A stretch of DNA of 64,000 nt from a virus (IMGVR_UViG_3300010049_000009:256001-320000); one strand, 5' to 3'; positions 10,222-20,243 are shown, counted from the first letter of the stretch. A program made the numbers and translations. The notes: generated by a model from the sequence alone, not told the origin.

Positions 10222-10230
10222 TATAAATAG
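10222..10230 (-). promoter_or_regulatory. putative late promoter CTATTTATA
   Basis: TATAAATAG on the + strand, 3 nt before the ATG at 10218. Confidence 0.6.
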
Positions 10231-10278
10231 TTTAAAAGTTCTAATTTATATTGTATGTTTGTACAAAAATACGTTTAT

Positions 10279-10869
10279 ATGAATATAAATACTCAAAAGA
10301 TTTCGTTAAGGGAAAAGTTCACCATACACGTAATGGGTATGTTGGAATTTCACCAACTAATGACAAAAAGTGATTTCAATGATTCTAATATTGAAGACCA
10401 AACCAAATTGGCGATTATATCAATAACAGGTGGTGAACCTTCGGATAAACATTATTTCAAAAGAAGTCATGCAAACGTTTTGAATATATCTTTCTACGAT
10501 ATTGACGAAGCGGTTGAAATAAGTGGTGTAAAACATGAACCAATTACTGTTGAACAAGCACGAAGAATAATTGATTTCATTGAAGTAAATCAAAATAAAA
10601 ATTATATTATTCATTGTGTGGCTGGTGTTTCACGGTCGGGGGCTGTTGCACAATTTATAACTGATTTCTATGGGTGGGCGGACAAATCTACATTCAATTA
10701 TCAGTATGGAAAGAAGATTATTCCTAACACTATCGTTAGAAAAAGGTTAAAAGAGGAGTGGATCGGAAAACACTCTAAATTGGATATTAACGAATATCAA
10801 GAAATGTTAAAACAAAATGAAGTACAAACACTAGAAGTAAAAGAAAAAGAAGATGGAGAAAATACTTAA
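10279..10869 (+). CDS. CX5R dual-specificity/tyrosine phosphatase-like protein
   Basis: IIHCVAGVSRSGAVA P-loop. Confidence 0.9.
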   Translation: MNINTQKISLREKFTIHVMGMLEFHQLMTKSDFNDSNIEDQTKLAIISITGGEPSDKHYFKRSHANVLNISFYDIDEAVEISGVKHEPITVEQARRIIDFIEVNQNKNYIIHCVAGVSRSGAVAQFITDFYGWADKSTFNYQYGKKIIPNTIVRKRLKEEWIGKHSKLDINEYQEMLKQNEVQTLEVKEKEDGENT

Positions 10870-11302
10870 CATAGCAATCGTATCCCACGATAGGCGAAAA
10901 GAGGATATGATAGAGTGGGCAAGACACAACGTTGAGTTTTTGTGCAAACATAATTTATATTGCACAGGAACAACCGGTGGTTTAGTGAAAAAAATGTTTC
11001 AAGAAGAAAACTGTTCCGGTAGAAATGTTACGTGTTATAAATCGGGTCCGGTTGGCGGCGACTTGGAAATTGGTGCAATGGTTGTGAACGGAAATATTAA
11101 TTTCTGTATATTTTTGATTGACGACCTCAATCCAAACCCGCACGAATCTGATATTCAGGCGTTGTTGCGACAGTGTCGTATTCACAATGTTCCTGTTGCA
11201 TGTAACAGACACAGTGCTGACTTAATGATAACAAGTACATTGTGGGATGAAGATTATAAACCCACAAAACCAAAATACGCCAACTTCAAAAGAGAGGGGT
11301 AA
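10853..11302 (+). CDS. mgsA: methylglyoxal synthase
   Basis: IAIVSHDRRK, CTGTTG, SGPVGGD.EIGA, PHESDIQALLR.C...NVPVACN..SAD. Confidence 0.95.
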   Translation: MEKILNIAIVSHDRRKEDMIEWARHNVEFLCKHNLYCTGTTGGLVKKMFQEENCSGRNVTCYKSGPVGGDLEIGAMVVNGNINFCIFLIDDLNPNPHESDIQALLRQCRIHNVPVACNRHSADLMITSTLWDEDYKPTKPKYANFKREG

Positions 11303-11304
11303 AC

Positions 11305-11331
11305 ATCGGATTAATTTTTAATCTTTTTATT
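11305..11331 (+). promoter_or_regulatory. phage promoter ATCGGA-N15-TTTATT (one mismatch)
   Basis: Member of the recurring ATCGGA-N15-TATAYT motif. Confidence 0.55.
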
Positions 11332-11344
11332 GACCAATTGTCGT

Positions 11345-11803
11345 ATGACACATCGGGAATTATGCAAAGCCGGAGCATCATTTATGAAACGGTACGGTAT
11401 TGCAAAGTGGGAAAAACCCACATATGTAGTATGCGAATTAGAACGTTGCGGAGAATCCCCTGATGTATTTGGTTTCGGTGGTGCGCGCACACAATTAATT
11501 GAGGTCAAAACATCACGTGCAGATTTTCTTGCCGACAAAAAGAAACTTTGGCGAATAAATCCCGAAATGGGTTTGGGTGAATTGCGGTCCTTTCTTTGTA
11601 TGGAAGGTCTTATTTTAGAAGGAGAGTTGCCGCTGAATTGGGGTCTATTATATTGTGACAACAAACAGAGGATCGGATTAATTCGCGAACCATATATTCA
11701 AGCAGCGTGTTCGTATCAAGAAATGAATCTTGCTGCGTCAGTGTTGAGAAGAGAGGGGGTAAAGTCAAAAATTTTTTCATATAAAAAATATAAAAATGAA
11801 TAG
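11345..11803 (+). CDS. PD-(D/E)XK / MmcB-like nuclease-fold protein
   Basis: E.PDVFGF...LIEVKTSRADFLAD..K...ELP..WGLL. Confidence 0.7.
   Translation: MTHRELCKAGASFMKRYGIAKWEKPTYVVCELERCGESPDVFGFGGARTQLIEVKTSRADFLADKKKLWRINPEMGLGELRSFLCMEGLILEGELPLNWGLLYCDNKQRIGLIREPYIQAACSYQEMNLAASVLRREGVKSKIFSYKKYKNE
11672..11698 (+). promoter_or_regulatory. phage promoter ATCGGA-N15-TATATT (intragenic, upstream of sigma genes)
   Basis: ATCGGA 11672-11677, TATATT 11693-11698. Confidence 0.6.
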
Positions 11804-12014
11804 TACAGATAAAAAGGACTTGCAGATAGAAAATCTGACAAGAGAGGTAGAGAGAATAGAGATGTGGTTAGGACAACATCTCGAAAACAACCTCAATAAA
11901 AACGGTGGTACAATTGCCGTAGTCGAAATTCCTGTAGTGGAAATTCTTGACATATATAGATTGATTTCCGATACGTTGGAAAAAATCTATGAAACCGATG
12001 AAACCGAAGATTAG
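11796..12014 (+). CDS. hypothetical protein
   Basis: 72-aa ORF in operon. Confidence 0.6.
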   Translation: MNSTDKKDLQIENLTREVERIEMWLGQHLENNLNKNGGTIAVVEIPVVEILDIYRLISDTLEKIYETDETED

Positions 12015-12043
12015 TAACCAAAAACAATAATAATAAATAAAAC

Positions 12044-13153
12044 ATGAGAAGTAGTCTTAATACGAAGAAAGTTGGTTTTTTTACGGAAGCAAATGATGTT
12101 GTGAGTGCTTATTACAAGGATATACGCGACACAATGACATTATTACCCGAAGAAGAAGTGGCATTGTTCAGAGCATATAAAGAAAATGGTGATGAAAAGG
12201 CGCGGATTAAATTAATCGAAGCAAATCAAAAATTTGTGGTTTCTGTTGCCAAAAAATACATCAACAATACCAACCAATCAATTTTATCCGACCTAATCAA
12301 TGAGGGAAACATTGGGTTGATGACCGCATTAGAAAATTTTAATATGGAGAGGGGTTTCAAATTCATAACATATGCTGTGTGGTATATCAAAAGAGAAATC
12401 CAAAACTTCATAATTGATAACAAATTGGTTGCTCAAACAAATTTGCAAAAAACAATATTCCATGTTGATAAAATTAAGGAGAAATTCCGAAACATTAATG
12501 GAAGGGAAATGGATGTTGATGAATTAATGGAAGAGTTGGAACAACAACACAACGTAAAAATAATTGATAAAAGTGATTTGTATGTTTTATCCTTTGATTC
12601 GATTGACACACCGGCGACACCAAAAACAGAGCAAGACGAATTTTCTCCAACCGAAAGTGAGTTCAATAATATGTTTTACACACAAAACACCATTATTGAC
12701 ATAATCGATGACGAGGATAATAAAATATTAGCCAAAGAATATTTGACAATATTATTACCACGTGAGCGGGAAATCGTTGAATTATATTACGGTATAAATA
12801 CATTTGCTGAATATACTTTGGATGATATTGCTGATAACTATGGTTTCACTACCGAAAGAATTAGACAAATCATTAAAAATGCGATTGACATAATGAAAAT
12901 ACGTCATAAAGTTAGTAGAATTGACGAAATAAAACAATATGTAACGCTATTATCAAGAGTAGAGGTGTATTTATTAAACTTACATCTAATGCAAAAATTT
13001 ACACCACAGGATATTTCCGAGAGATCGGATTTTACCGCCGAAAGTATTCAACAGGCGTTGTGTGGTGCGATAGAAATAGTTTATAACTTTTATAAATTTA
13101 GATTAAATGAAAATAGATACGAGGTTAAAGTCAAAAATCTTTCAGCGGAGTGA
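12044..13153 (+). CDS. RNA polymerase sigma70-family factor (sigma-1) with duplicated region 4
   Basis: LIEANQKFVVSVAKKY, DLINEGNIGLM, RGFKFITYAVWYI, TTERIRQI; extra sigma4-like C-terminal repeat. Confidence 0.92.
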   Translation: MRSSLNTKKVGFFTEANDVVSAYYKDIRDTMTLLPEEEVALFRAYKENGDEKARIKLIEANQKFVVSVAKKYINNTNQSILSDLINEGNIGLMTALENFNMERGFKFITYAVWYIKREIQNFIIDNKLVAQTNLQKTIFHVDKIKEKFRNINGREMDVDELMEELEQQHNVKIIDKSDLYVLSFDSIDTPATPKTEQDEFSPTESEFNNMFYTQNTIIDIIDDEDNKILAKEYLTILLPREREIVELYYGINTFAEYTLDDIADNYGFTTERIRQIIKNAIDIMKIRHKVSRIDEIKQYVTLLSRVEVYLLNLHLMQKFTPQDISERSDFTAESIQQALCGAIEIVYNFYKFRLNENRYEVKVKNLSAE

Positions 13154-14021
13154 CTCATTACAAAAATTCTACACCGACATTGCCAAATACCCTATTTTGG
13201 GGGTTGATGAGGAAGTAGAACTCTTTCACTCTTATAGAAATGACGGCGACATAAGGGCTAGGGATAAAATAATCCAAAGCAACCAACGCTTCGTAGTGTC
13301 GGTTGCCAAAAAATACGCCAAAACAGAAATCGAATTAATGGATATGATTTCAGAAGGAAACATTGGGTTGATGAAGGCGGCTGAAAAATTTGATACCACC
13401 TATGGATTCAAGTTTATAAGTTATGCAGTACATTGGATATATTCTTACATTTCAACATATTTGAATAAGAGGGAATTAATCAAGAAAAACGTTGATTATC
13501 AACTCCGAAAGAAAGTTGAAGAGATAAGGAAAGAACTCAATAAAGAGGGGTGGGATGTAAATATCAGTACAATAGCATCTATATTAAAGGATAGACATAA
13601 TATCCACGTAAGCGAAGAAGAGTTATGTGCAATATCCACCATTTCTATTGATATTCCAATAGACGACACAGATTATGTTTCCGGTCTAACAGATTTCAAT
13701 GAGTTTTACTGTTCTCACAATGAGGTTACAGATGCCATTGATGACGACCATAACAAGTTTCTTGTGGAAACATATTTGAGTTATCTAACAGCCAAAGAAC
13801 AAGAAGTCATCAAACTTTACTTCGGGATTGATGGTGAAGAAGCGTTAGGAACATTTGCAATGGTCGCCCAAAGATTGGAAATACCCAATCACCGCGCTGC
13901 TGGTCTTTTTCACAGAGGATTACGTAAAATGCAAATAGAATTTCGGAGAACAAAAAAACGAAGATCGGATTATTTTAGTAAAAATATATTAAGTGATAGT
14001 TATAAATTTTTAAATTCATAA
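13107..14021 (+). CDS. RNA polymerase sigma70-family factor (sigma-2)
   Basis: SNQRFVVSVAKKY, DMISEGNIGLMKAAEKFD, GFKFISYAVHWI; divergent region 4. Confidence 0.92.
   Translation: MKIDTRLKSKIFQRSDSLQKFYTDIAKYPILGVDEEVELFHSYRNDGDIRARDKIIQSNQRFVVSVAKKYAKTEIELMDMISEGNIGLMKAAEKFDTTYGFKFISYAVHWIYSYISTYLNKRELIKKNVDYQLRKKVEEIRKELNKEGWDVNISTIASILKDRHNIHVSEEELCAISTISIDIPIDDTDYVSGLTDFNEFYCSHNEVTDAIDDDHNKFLVETYLSYLTAKEQEVIKLYFGIDGEEALGTFAMVAQRLEIPNHRAAGLFHRGLRKMQIEFRRTKKRRSDYFSKNILSDSYKFLNS
13964..13990 (+). promoter_or_regulatory. phage promoter ATCGGA-N15-TATATT
   Basis: Within the sigma-2 3' end, upstream of the ParB-like gene. Confidence 0.65.
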
Positions 14022-14026
14022 AACAA

Positions 14027-15016
14027 ATGGAAAATATAAATATGAAAGTCGTTAAAAGCGACGAGGAAATTTTAGGTAGTGTGAGTGGTGGTGATGTGAA
14101 CAAAACCGTAAGAAAAGACGTTTTTCAAATTGACCCAAAAACGTTGACGGTGGATGCGGAACACAATGTTCGTAATTTTACAGACAAGGTTGTTCTCGAA
14201 CACATTGAATCGTTGGCAGCAAATATTGCTGAAAACGGTGTTTTAACGCCGCTGACGTGCCGCAGGGAATCTATTGGAAAAGACCCCAACACCGGCGAAC
14301 CCATTTACAAGTACATTATTGTTGACGGCGAATGTCGCTATCGTGCAACACTATTACTTGAAAGTAGAGGTACACCTGTTTGCCGAGTTCCTGCAATTTT
14401 GGAAAGGTCAACCAACAACGAGGCGAACCGAGTTTTGGATATGTTAAACGCCAATGAGAGTTTGCGTTTTGCGCCGATTGAACTCGCTGCTGCGTATAAT
14501 AAGTTCTTGAACTTCGGTTGGACAGAAGAAGAAATTGCCAAAAAATTGGGTAAGAGTTTAAACCACGTAAAAGAAACGGTTGCATTGTTAGCGCATGACG
14601 AAAGTGTTATTGCAGCACTTAAAAGTAACAAAGTTACCGCCAACAATGTGCGCCAACTTGATAAAAAAATCAAGGAAGAAGGTGTAATGAACGATTACAC
14701 CCGGAAAAAAGAGGTGAGTGAAAGACTTGAAAAGGCTATCAAACTTGCCGAAACGGAAGAGGGTGGTGTTGCGAAAAGTGGAAAACTGAATATCACAAAG
14801 TTTTTGGGTATCAGTCAAACGGAAAGTGAACGCATTATCAGCGCAATCGAATTAATAACCGATACGTTGAGAAACAGGGATTTCACACGGGCAAACCTAC
14901 TCGACTTGGCGGAAGATTTACGTGCCGGACAATCAATCCAAAACGCTGTCAATCATGTGTTTGGATTATCACTTATCGAAGATACGGAAGTGGAAGTATC
15001 TGCGAATGACGAATAA
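14027..15016 (+). CDS. ParB/Srx-like N-terminal domain + HTH protein
   Basis: LAANIAENGVLTPL, IVDGECRYRA, GWTEEEIAKKLGKS. Confidence 0.85.
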   Translation: MENINMKVVKSDEEILGSVSGGDVNKTVRKDVFQIDPKTLTVDAEHNVRNFTDKVVLEHIESLAANIAENGVLTPLTCRRESIGKDPNTGEPIYKYIIVDGECRYRATLLLESRGTPVCRVPAILERSTNNEANRVLDMLNANESLRFAPIELAAAYNKFLNFGWTEEEIAKKLGKSLNHVKETVALLAHDESVIAALKSNKVTANNVRQLDKKIKEEGVMNDYTRKKEVSERLEKAIKLAETEEGGVAKSGKLNITKFLGISQTESERIISAIELITDTLRNRDFTRANLLDLAEDLRAGQSIQNAVNHVFGLSLIEDTEVEVSANDE

Positions 15017-15033
15017 TACTTTTTTTCTGCTGT

Positions 15034-15061
15034 GGGGTGATTAGCGATAATCACCCCTTTT
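15034..15061 (+). terminator. intrinsic terminator
   Basis: GGGGTGATTA-GCGA-TAATCACCCC followed by a T tract. Confidence 0.9.
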
Positions 15062-15113
15062 GTTTTTCATAAAAATAACTATATATTTACAGAAAATTTT
15101 AAAGTAATTAAAA

Positions 15114-16208
15114 ATGAATTTATACGATAGATTAGGTATAACCGCCGAAGAGAAGAAATTACAGGGAAAACCTTTTGAAGATGTTGTTAAACGTCAGTAT
15201 AGAGCGTATGCTACACAGCATCACCCCGATAAATTTCAAGACCCAAAAGAAAAAGAAGAAGCAACGACTAAATTTCAAGGTATTGCCGAAGCAAAAGATG
15301 TTTTATCAGATTCACAAAAGAGGATGCAATATGATATGACAGGAAGTACTTCGGGATTTAACTTCCAAAATTTTAATTCGCGTGCCGATATTGATGATAT
15401 ATTACAATCATTCTTTCATGGTGGGGGTCATTGGGGGTTTAGACAACAACATCAACCCCAACAACAAATAATAAAGGGTCAAGACGTTGTAATACGCATA
15501 ACCCTCGACATAAAAGACGTGTACAAAGGCACGGAAAAGAAATATAAATTCAAACGCGGTATCACTTGTTCACATTGCGAAGGTGTAAATCTTCAAACTT
15601 GTTATACTTGTAAGGGGAGTGGTATGGTAACAACCTCACAACAAATGGGTGGCACAATGTTCTTCCAACAAACAAACATATGTCCACACTGTCAAGGAAC
15701 AGGAAAAACAGTTCAACAAAATTCAAAACAATGTAGTTATTGTAAAAACATTGGTGTAATTGAAAAAGAAGAAATTGTTACATTACAAATACCACGTGGA
15801 ATTACCAAGGGTGTAACCCTATCACGTGAAGGTATGGGACACCAACTCCCAAAAGGTTATAGTGGAGTAAGTGGTGATTTGAAAATTGTAATTGGTAATA
15901 TCACAAGCGATTTATACCAAGTTGATAACTATAATCTTGTAAGATATTTGGATGTTCCTATCCTGGATATTATTACGGGTACTAGTGTTGATATTACAAC
16001 ACCGGTTGGTGAAAAAATAAAGGTGGATATACCCCAAAATTTCACTAATACAGGTTCGTTAATGTTGGGTGGATACGGAATACCACATGGTAATCAAAAA
16101 TCCGCTGGTGATATTTATTTAGTGATTAAACACAAGTTTCCGACTATATTAGATAGTTCGGATAAAAAGAAAATCGAAGAATTGAAGAAATCTAAAAATT
16201 TTAAATAA
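15114..16208 (+). CDS. dnaJ: DnaJ chaperone
   Basis: J domain HPD, G/F region, CxxCxGxG repeats, C-terminal domain. Confidence 0.92.
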   Translation: MNLYDRLGITAEEKKLQGKPFEDVVKRQYRAYATQHHPDKFQDPKEKEEATTKFQGIAEAKDVLSDSQKRMQYDMTGSTSGFNFQNFNSRADIDDILQSFFHGGGHWGFRQQHQPQQQIIKGQDVVIRITLDIKDVYKGTEKKYKFKRGITCSHCEGVNLQTCYTCKGSGMVTTSQQMGGTMFFQQTNICPHCQGTGKTVQQNSKQCSYCKNIGVIEKEEIVTLQIPRGITKGVTLSREGMGHQLPKGYSGVSGDLKIVIGNITSDLYQVDNYNLVRYLDVPILDIITGTSVDITTPVGEKIKVDIPQNFTNTGSLMLGGYGIPHGNQKSAGDIYLVIKHKFPTILDSSDKKKIEELKKSKNFK

Positions 16209-16209
16209 T

Positions 16210-16746
16210 ATGACACTTTTTGCATGGTTTTTAATAATTGGGATTACAGCAACATGGTTTGCGTTTTACTATTTTGGTCCCGAAGACACTTATGATAGTT
16301 ATTGGTTTTGGTGGTTTGTTCGTAAATACATTTTTATAATGGTGATTTTATTTATAGTTATGTATATAGCAAACGGATTTGATAATGAGGAAAGGTTTCA
16401 AATAGTAGAAACAAAGGAAACCATTCACACATTAGTTTCGTTAGGTGCACGAGCATCACTTGAAGGAAAATTCTTTTTAGGTACAGGAAAAGTGGGTGAA
16501 AACCCACGTTACTACTTTATGAGAGAAGAAGTGGGTGGTTATCGTATGGCTTGTGTAACAACACATAATACATTAGTTATTGAAGATAATAATGAAACAC
16601 CAAGAGTAGAGAAGGTGCGGGTTGTAAATAAAGCAATCAAACCACGTTTCTTTAAGTATGACGAAAACAAACACACTAGTTACCGGATTTATATACCCGA
16701 AAACTCGATTACAAGGGATTTTAAAATTGATGTAAATAACCTTTAA
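16210..16746 (+). CDS. membrane-anchored hypothetical protein
   Basis: Two N-terminal TM helices. Confidence 0.7.
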   Translation: MTLFAWFLIIGITATWFAFYYFGPEDTYDSYWFWWFVRKYIFIMVILFIVMYIANGFDNEERFQIVETKETIHTLVSLGARASLEGKFFLGTGKVGENPRYYFMREEVGGYRMACVTTHNTLVIEDNNETPRVEKVRVVNKAIKPRFFKYDENKHTSYRIYIPENSITRDFKIDVNNL

Positions 16747-16800
16747 CTATTCGGAAAATCACAAATAACCTTATATTTATAGATATAAAAAAGGTGTATT

Positions 16801-17310
16801 GTGGATTACAGTAGTGGAATAATTTTGTATAGAAACAGAACCCCCAAAGAACGCGAATTTTTCTTGGTACACCCCGGCGGAGTATTCTATAGAACGGTTG
16901 AAAAAGGGGGTTTTTGGGGGTTTCCAAAAGGTAAAATAGAAAACTTTGATTGGTTCAGATTTCCTTATTCAATAACAGGAAAACCCGAAAGAGATGCTGC
17001 CCTATTTACAGCAATACGAGAATATCACGAAGAAACAGGTGATAAGAAAGATTTTAACCCCCTTCTCAATATTATAGAATATATGGGGCGTGTACTACAA
17101 AGAAAAAATAAAGTAGTATATGTGTTCGCAATGGAATGTACTTGGGAACTAAACGCCGAAGAATGTTATTCAAATACTATTGACGTTGTAGTTGATAATA
17201 AAAGTCATAAAATACCGGAAAATGACGGTTTCATGTGGGCAACATACGGTGAGTTAGAGAAACTTGTACATCCAAAACACCTTCATTTTTATCAGAAACT
17301 AGTGATATAA
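16801..17310 (+). CDS. NUDIX hydrolase
   Basis: FLVHPGG, WGFPKG...AIREYHEETG (Nudix box with an insertion). Confidence 0.88.
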   Translation: MDYSSGIILYRNRTPKEREFFLVHPGGVFYRTVEKGGFWGFPKGKIENFDWFRFPYSITGKPERDAALFTAIREYHEETGDKKDFNPLLNIIEYMGRVLQRKNKVVYVFAMECTWELNAEECYSNTIDVVVDNKSHKIPENDGFMWATYGELEKLVHPKHLHFYQKLVI

Positions 17311-18563
17311 GTGTCACTATCACTTATTATATCTCTCTTTTTTTCTAAATCAGAGTGAAAATTATCTTGGTCAATCTTATACCTAATACCATCTATCATA
17401 GATTGTAATTCAATTTTACCTTGTCTTGTGTTAGCAAATATGTTTTGCATAAAAGTATTAAACTCATCAGTTGGTTTGGATACTATCATATAGAATATAT
17501 ATGGTATTATATCAGTATATTCTATATCACCAAGTTTTTCTTCCAATTTCATCCACATTCCCATTCCGAAACGTAAATCCCAATAAGCGGCATAACGAAA
17601 ATCCGCCTTTTTCAAAACATATTTCATTTTATCGGGGTCATTCGGTAATCCATTAACCGAAATCAAATCCAACATTGCTCTCACAGATTCATGAAGCAAC
17701 GCTATAAAGTTTTTACCCTTAACAGTAATAGAGGATTTACTATTACTTCTTACAGTAATATCAGACGTACTACCAAACGTTACATTATCTTCGTCAACCT
17801 TATTAGCGTTTGACATAAAATTAACATATTCGTTTAATAATATGATGCGCTTATATAACCCTAATAATTTATCATTCAATAGGAATATATCCTTTATATA
17901 AAATTCGTACAAATGAATGAAATGATTAGAAATACCCTGCATTAAACAATTTACTATACGCCTTTTATAAACATCATCATTAATACCCTTAAAGTCGTCA
18001 ATACCTTCAAACTCAATATCGTCAGTTGCTTCGGGTAGTAATGACATTTTAATATCATCTGCTGTTATTTTATCTACCATTTCGATAGTAAGATCAACAT
18101 CTTCTTTTGATACACCAAACACCTTTTTGATTATGTTCATTACCAACACCTCCAACTGTGCTTTTATTGGTTTTTCAATTTCTTGACACTCTTTTAGAAG
18201 TTTAGATAGTTCATTTTTACATTCATTTACATTATCCATATCTAAATCCGGGTACATACCACTTAAATCGGAAGTTATGACTCTAAATGGATATAATAAT
18301 AACTTTTCTTCAAACTTAACTTCATCCTCCGGTGGAAACGCTGGGTTATCACCCAAAGAGGTTTTACCCGCTAATATTTGTTTTACCATTTCTTTCGGTA
18401 ACGATTCTGCGGGTGTGTGTAAATTTCCGATCTTGAAAAAATCCCAACCTTTTCCTTGTGCGTACATATCTACTGCTTGTACAACATAATCAGGTGGGTT
18501 ATCTTCATTTAACAAAGATAACATTTTTGCTTGCCTTTCGGATATAATTATTTTTTTTGGCAT
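17292..18563 (-). CDS. probable virion (head-associated) protein
   Basis: N-terminal KKIIISERQ...LLNE leader; 423 aa. Confidence 0.55.
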   Translation of the reverse strand: MPKKIIISERQAKMLSLLNEDNPPDYVVQAVDMYAQGKGWDFFKIGNLHTPAESLPKEMVKQILAGKTSLGDNPAFPPEDEVKFEEKLLLYPFRVITSDLSGMYPDLDMDNVNECKNELSKLLKECQEIEKPIKAQLEVLVMNIIKKVFGVSKEDVDLTIEMVDKITADDIKMSLLPEATDDIEFEGIDDFKGINDDVYKRRIVNCLMQGISNHFIHLYEFYIKDIFLLNDKLLGLYKRIILLNEYVNFMSNANKVDEDNVTFGSTSDITVRSNSKSSITVKGKNFIALLHESVRAMLDLISVNGLPNDPDKMKYVLKKADFRYAAYWDLRFGMGMWMKLEEKLGDIEYTDIIPYIFYMIVSKPTDEFNTFMQNIFANTRQGKIELQSMIDGIRYKIDQDNFHSDLEKKRDIISDSDTYITSF

Positions 18564-18575
18564 AGTGCAAATATA

Positions 18576-18890
18576 TTATTTTTTACTGAATAATTTGGAT
18601 AAAAATGATTTGGGTTCTTCAAGGTCTGCTCTTGGATATGGGTTTCGTTCTTCCCATTCCAATTGTTCAGGTGTCTTTACATATCCTTTATTTGTAATTG
18701 GTGTTTTACCAACAGCCTTTTCTCTGTCTTTCCACCACTTGTTGCGGGCTTTTCTCTGTCTTTCTTCTGCGGCATATTTCTTTTCCATTTCTTTTTTACC
18801 CAAATTACGATAGGTTGAGTAAGCACCACCCAACAAACTTTCAACTAATATTTGCAACTGACCTTCGGATATGATAATTTTTTTACCCAT
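18576..18890 (-). CDS. probable head-packaged small basic protein
   Basis: N-terminal KKIIISEGQLQILVE leader. Confidence 0.55.
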   Translation of the reverse strand: MGKKIIISEGQLQILVESLLGGAYSTYRNLGKKEMEKKYAAEERQRKARNKWWKDREKAVGKTPITNKGYVKTPEQLEWEERNPYPRADLEEPKSFLSKLFSKK

Positions 18891-18896
18891 TGTGTT

Positions 18897-20243
18897 TTAC
18901 TTTTTAAATTCGTCAAGTAAGTCTTGTTTTGTTACTATTTTATAGTACTCAATACCTTCTTTAACAAAGTAATCGTTCAATCTTTGGTCTTCAGCAACCT
19001 CTTCGCTTTTGTCAACTATCAATTCTTTTTTAGCGGCGTTCTTTATCACGAGATTTTTGTCTTTTGGCGCATTTTCACTCAATCTTAATAGAGATAACAT
19101 TTGCGCTTGTCTTTCAGAAATAATAATAGTTCTACCCATGGTTTTATGTTCTAATTTAGGTTTTATTTTCTTTGGTTTTGGTATAATTCGAGCGGCGATC
19201 AAAATATTTTTAATTTCATCCATTCCTTCGCCATCAACTAATTTTGCTAATATGGTTCCAAGTTTAGGTGCAAACTTACCCTTTACTCTTTTCTGTTCAA
19301 GTGGATCAACTTCTTGTCCTTCCGCCTCAATTGCTGTGTGTACAAGACCACTATCTTTGATTAACACTGCGTATAATATTAGTAAATTAACAGGAATATA
19401 ATCTTTAGGATCGGTATCGTCACCCCTATTTTTTATCTTGGTTTTAGTATCACTTTGTTTTGCTAATGAATTAACAATCTCTTTTTTAATACCCAAATCA
19501 GGACTACCCCCGTCAAGAATTTTGTTTATTTCTTTCTTCAACAATGCCCCAATAAAGTTTTGGTTTTCGGGTAATCCCATCATATTTCCTATTGCTTCCG
19601 CTTTAGAATCTATACCCGACATTTTATTGTGATAATTCACAAGATTTGGGTCCATTGTTCTTTCAAGTTTTTTCTTTTTGTTTAAACCCTTATCCATAGC
19701 GGTAGTGGATAACAACGTATCAAACTCCCTCAACCTTATTTTCATATCTTCGGGTAGTGGTGAACGTCTTGCTAAAGCATTTTTCAATATAACTCCAAGT
19801 CCACCCAACGCTTGCTGTGTAAGAAAATCGGGGTCTTGATAAACTTCTTCAATAATATCAAAATCCTTATCGGTAAATGGAACATTTGCTGCAAGATCAA
19901 ATATATCTTTTTGTAAATACACCGTTCTTAACCAATTATTGTCTTTCACACCTTTTGTAAACACATCTACCCAAGTGTGGTAACGTTGTGCTGTTGAAGT
20001 TTTATATTCATTCAAAGTTGAAGCGTTATCCCTTTCACGCCAAGCATATAGTGTTGTTGAAGTATTTGGTTGCCCTGAAACTGTTATGTTATTATCATCA
20101 CCCAATGTTTCAACCGCATTATCAACTTGGGTTTTTACATCTTCGTCTTTATCTTTGTCAATCACAATTTCTACCTTTCCCTTGTCATCCTCATTCAACG
20201 TAATTTCTTTGAGTTCACCAATTATTTTCGGTATAATTTTCAT
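18897..20243 (-). CDS. probable head-packaged protein
   Basis: Multiple LxE sites (ITLNE, TLNE) and an internal RTIIISERQAQML repeat; late promoter upstream. Confidence 0.55.
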   Translation of the reverse strand: MKIIPKIIGELKEITLNEDDKGKVEIVIDKDKDEDVKTQVDNAVETLGDDNNITVSGQPNTSTTLYAWRERDNASTLNEYKTSTAQRYHTWVDVFTKGVKDNNWLRTVYLQKDIFDLAANVPFTDKDFDIIEEVYQDPDFLTQQALGGLGVILKNALARRSPLPEDMKIRLREFDTLLSTTAMDKGLNKKKKLERTMDPNLVNYHNKMSGIDSKAEAIGNMMGLPENQNFIGALLKKEINKILDGGSPDLGIKKEIVNSLAKQSDTKTKIKNRGDDTDPKDYIPVNLLILYAVLIKDSGLVHTAIEAEGQEVDPLEQKRVKGKFAPKLGTILAKLVDGEGMDEIKNILIAARIIPKPKKIKPKLEHKTMGRTIIISERQAQMLSLLRLSENAPKDKNLVIKNAAKKELIVDKSEEVAEDQRLNDYFVKEGIEYYKIVTKQDLLDEFKK

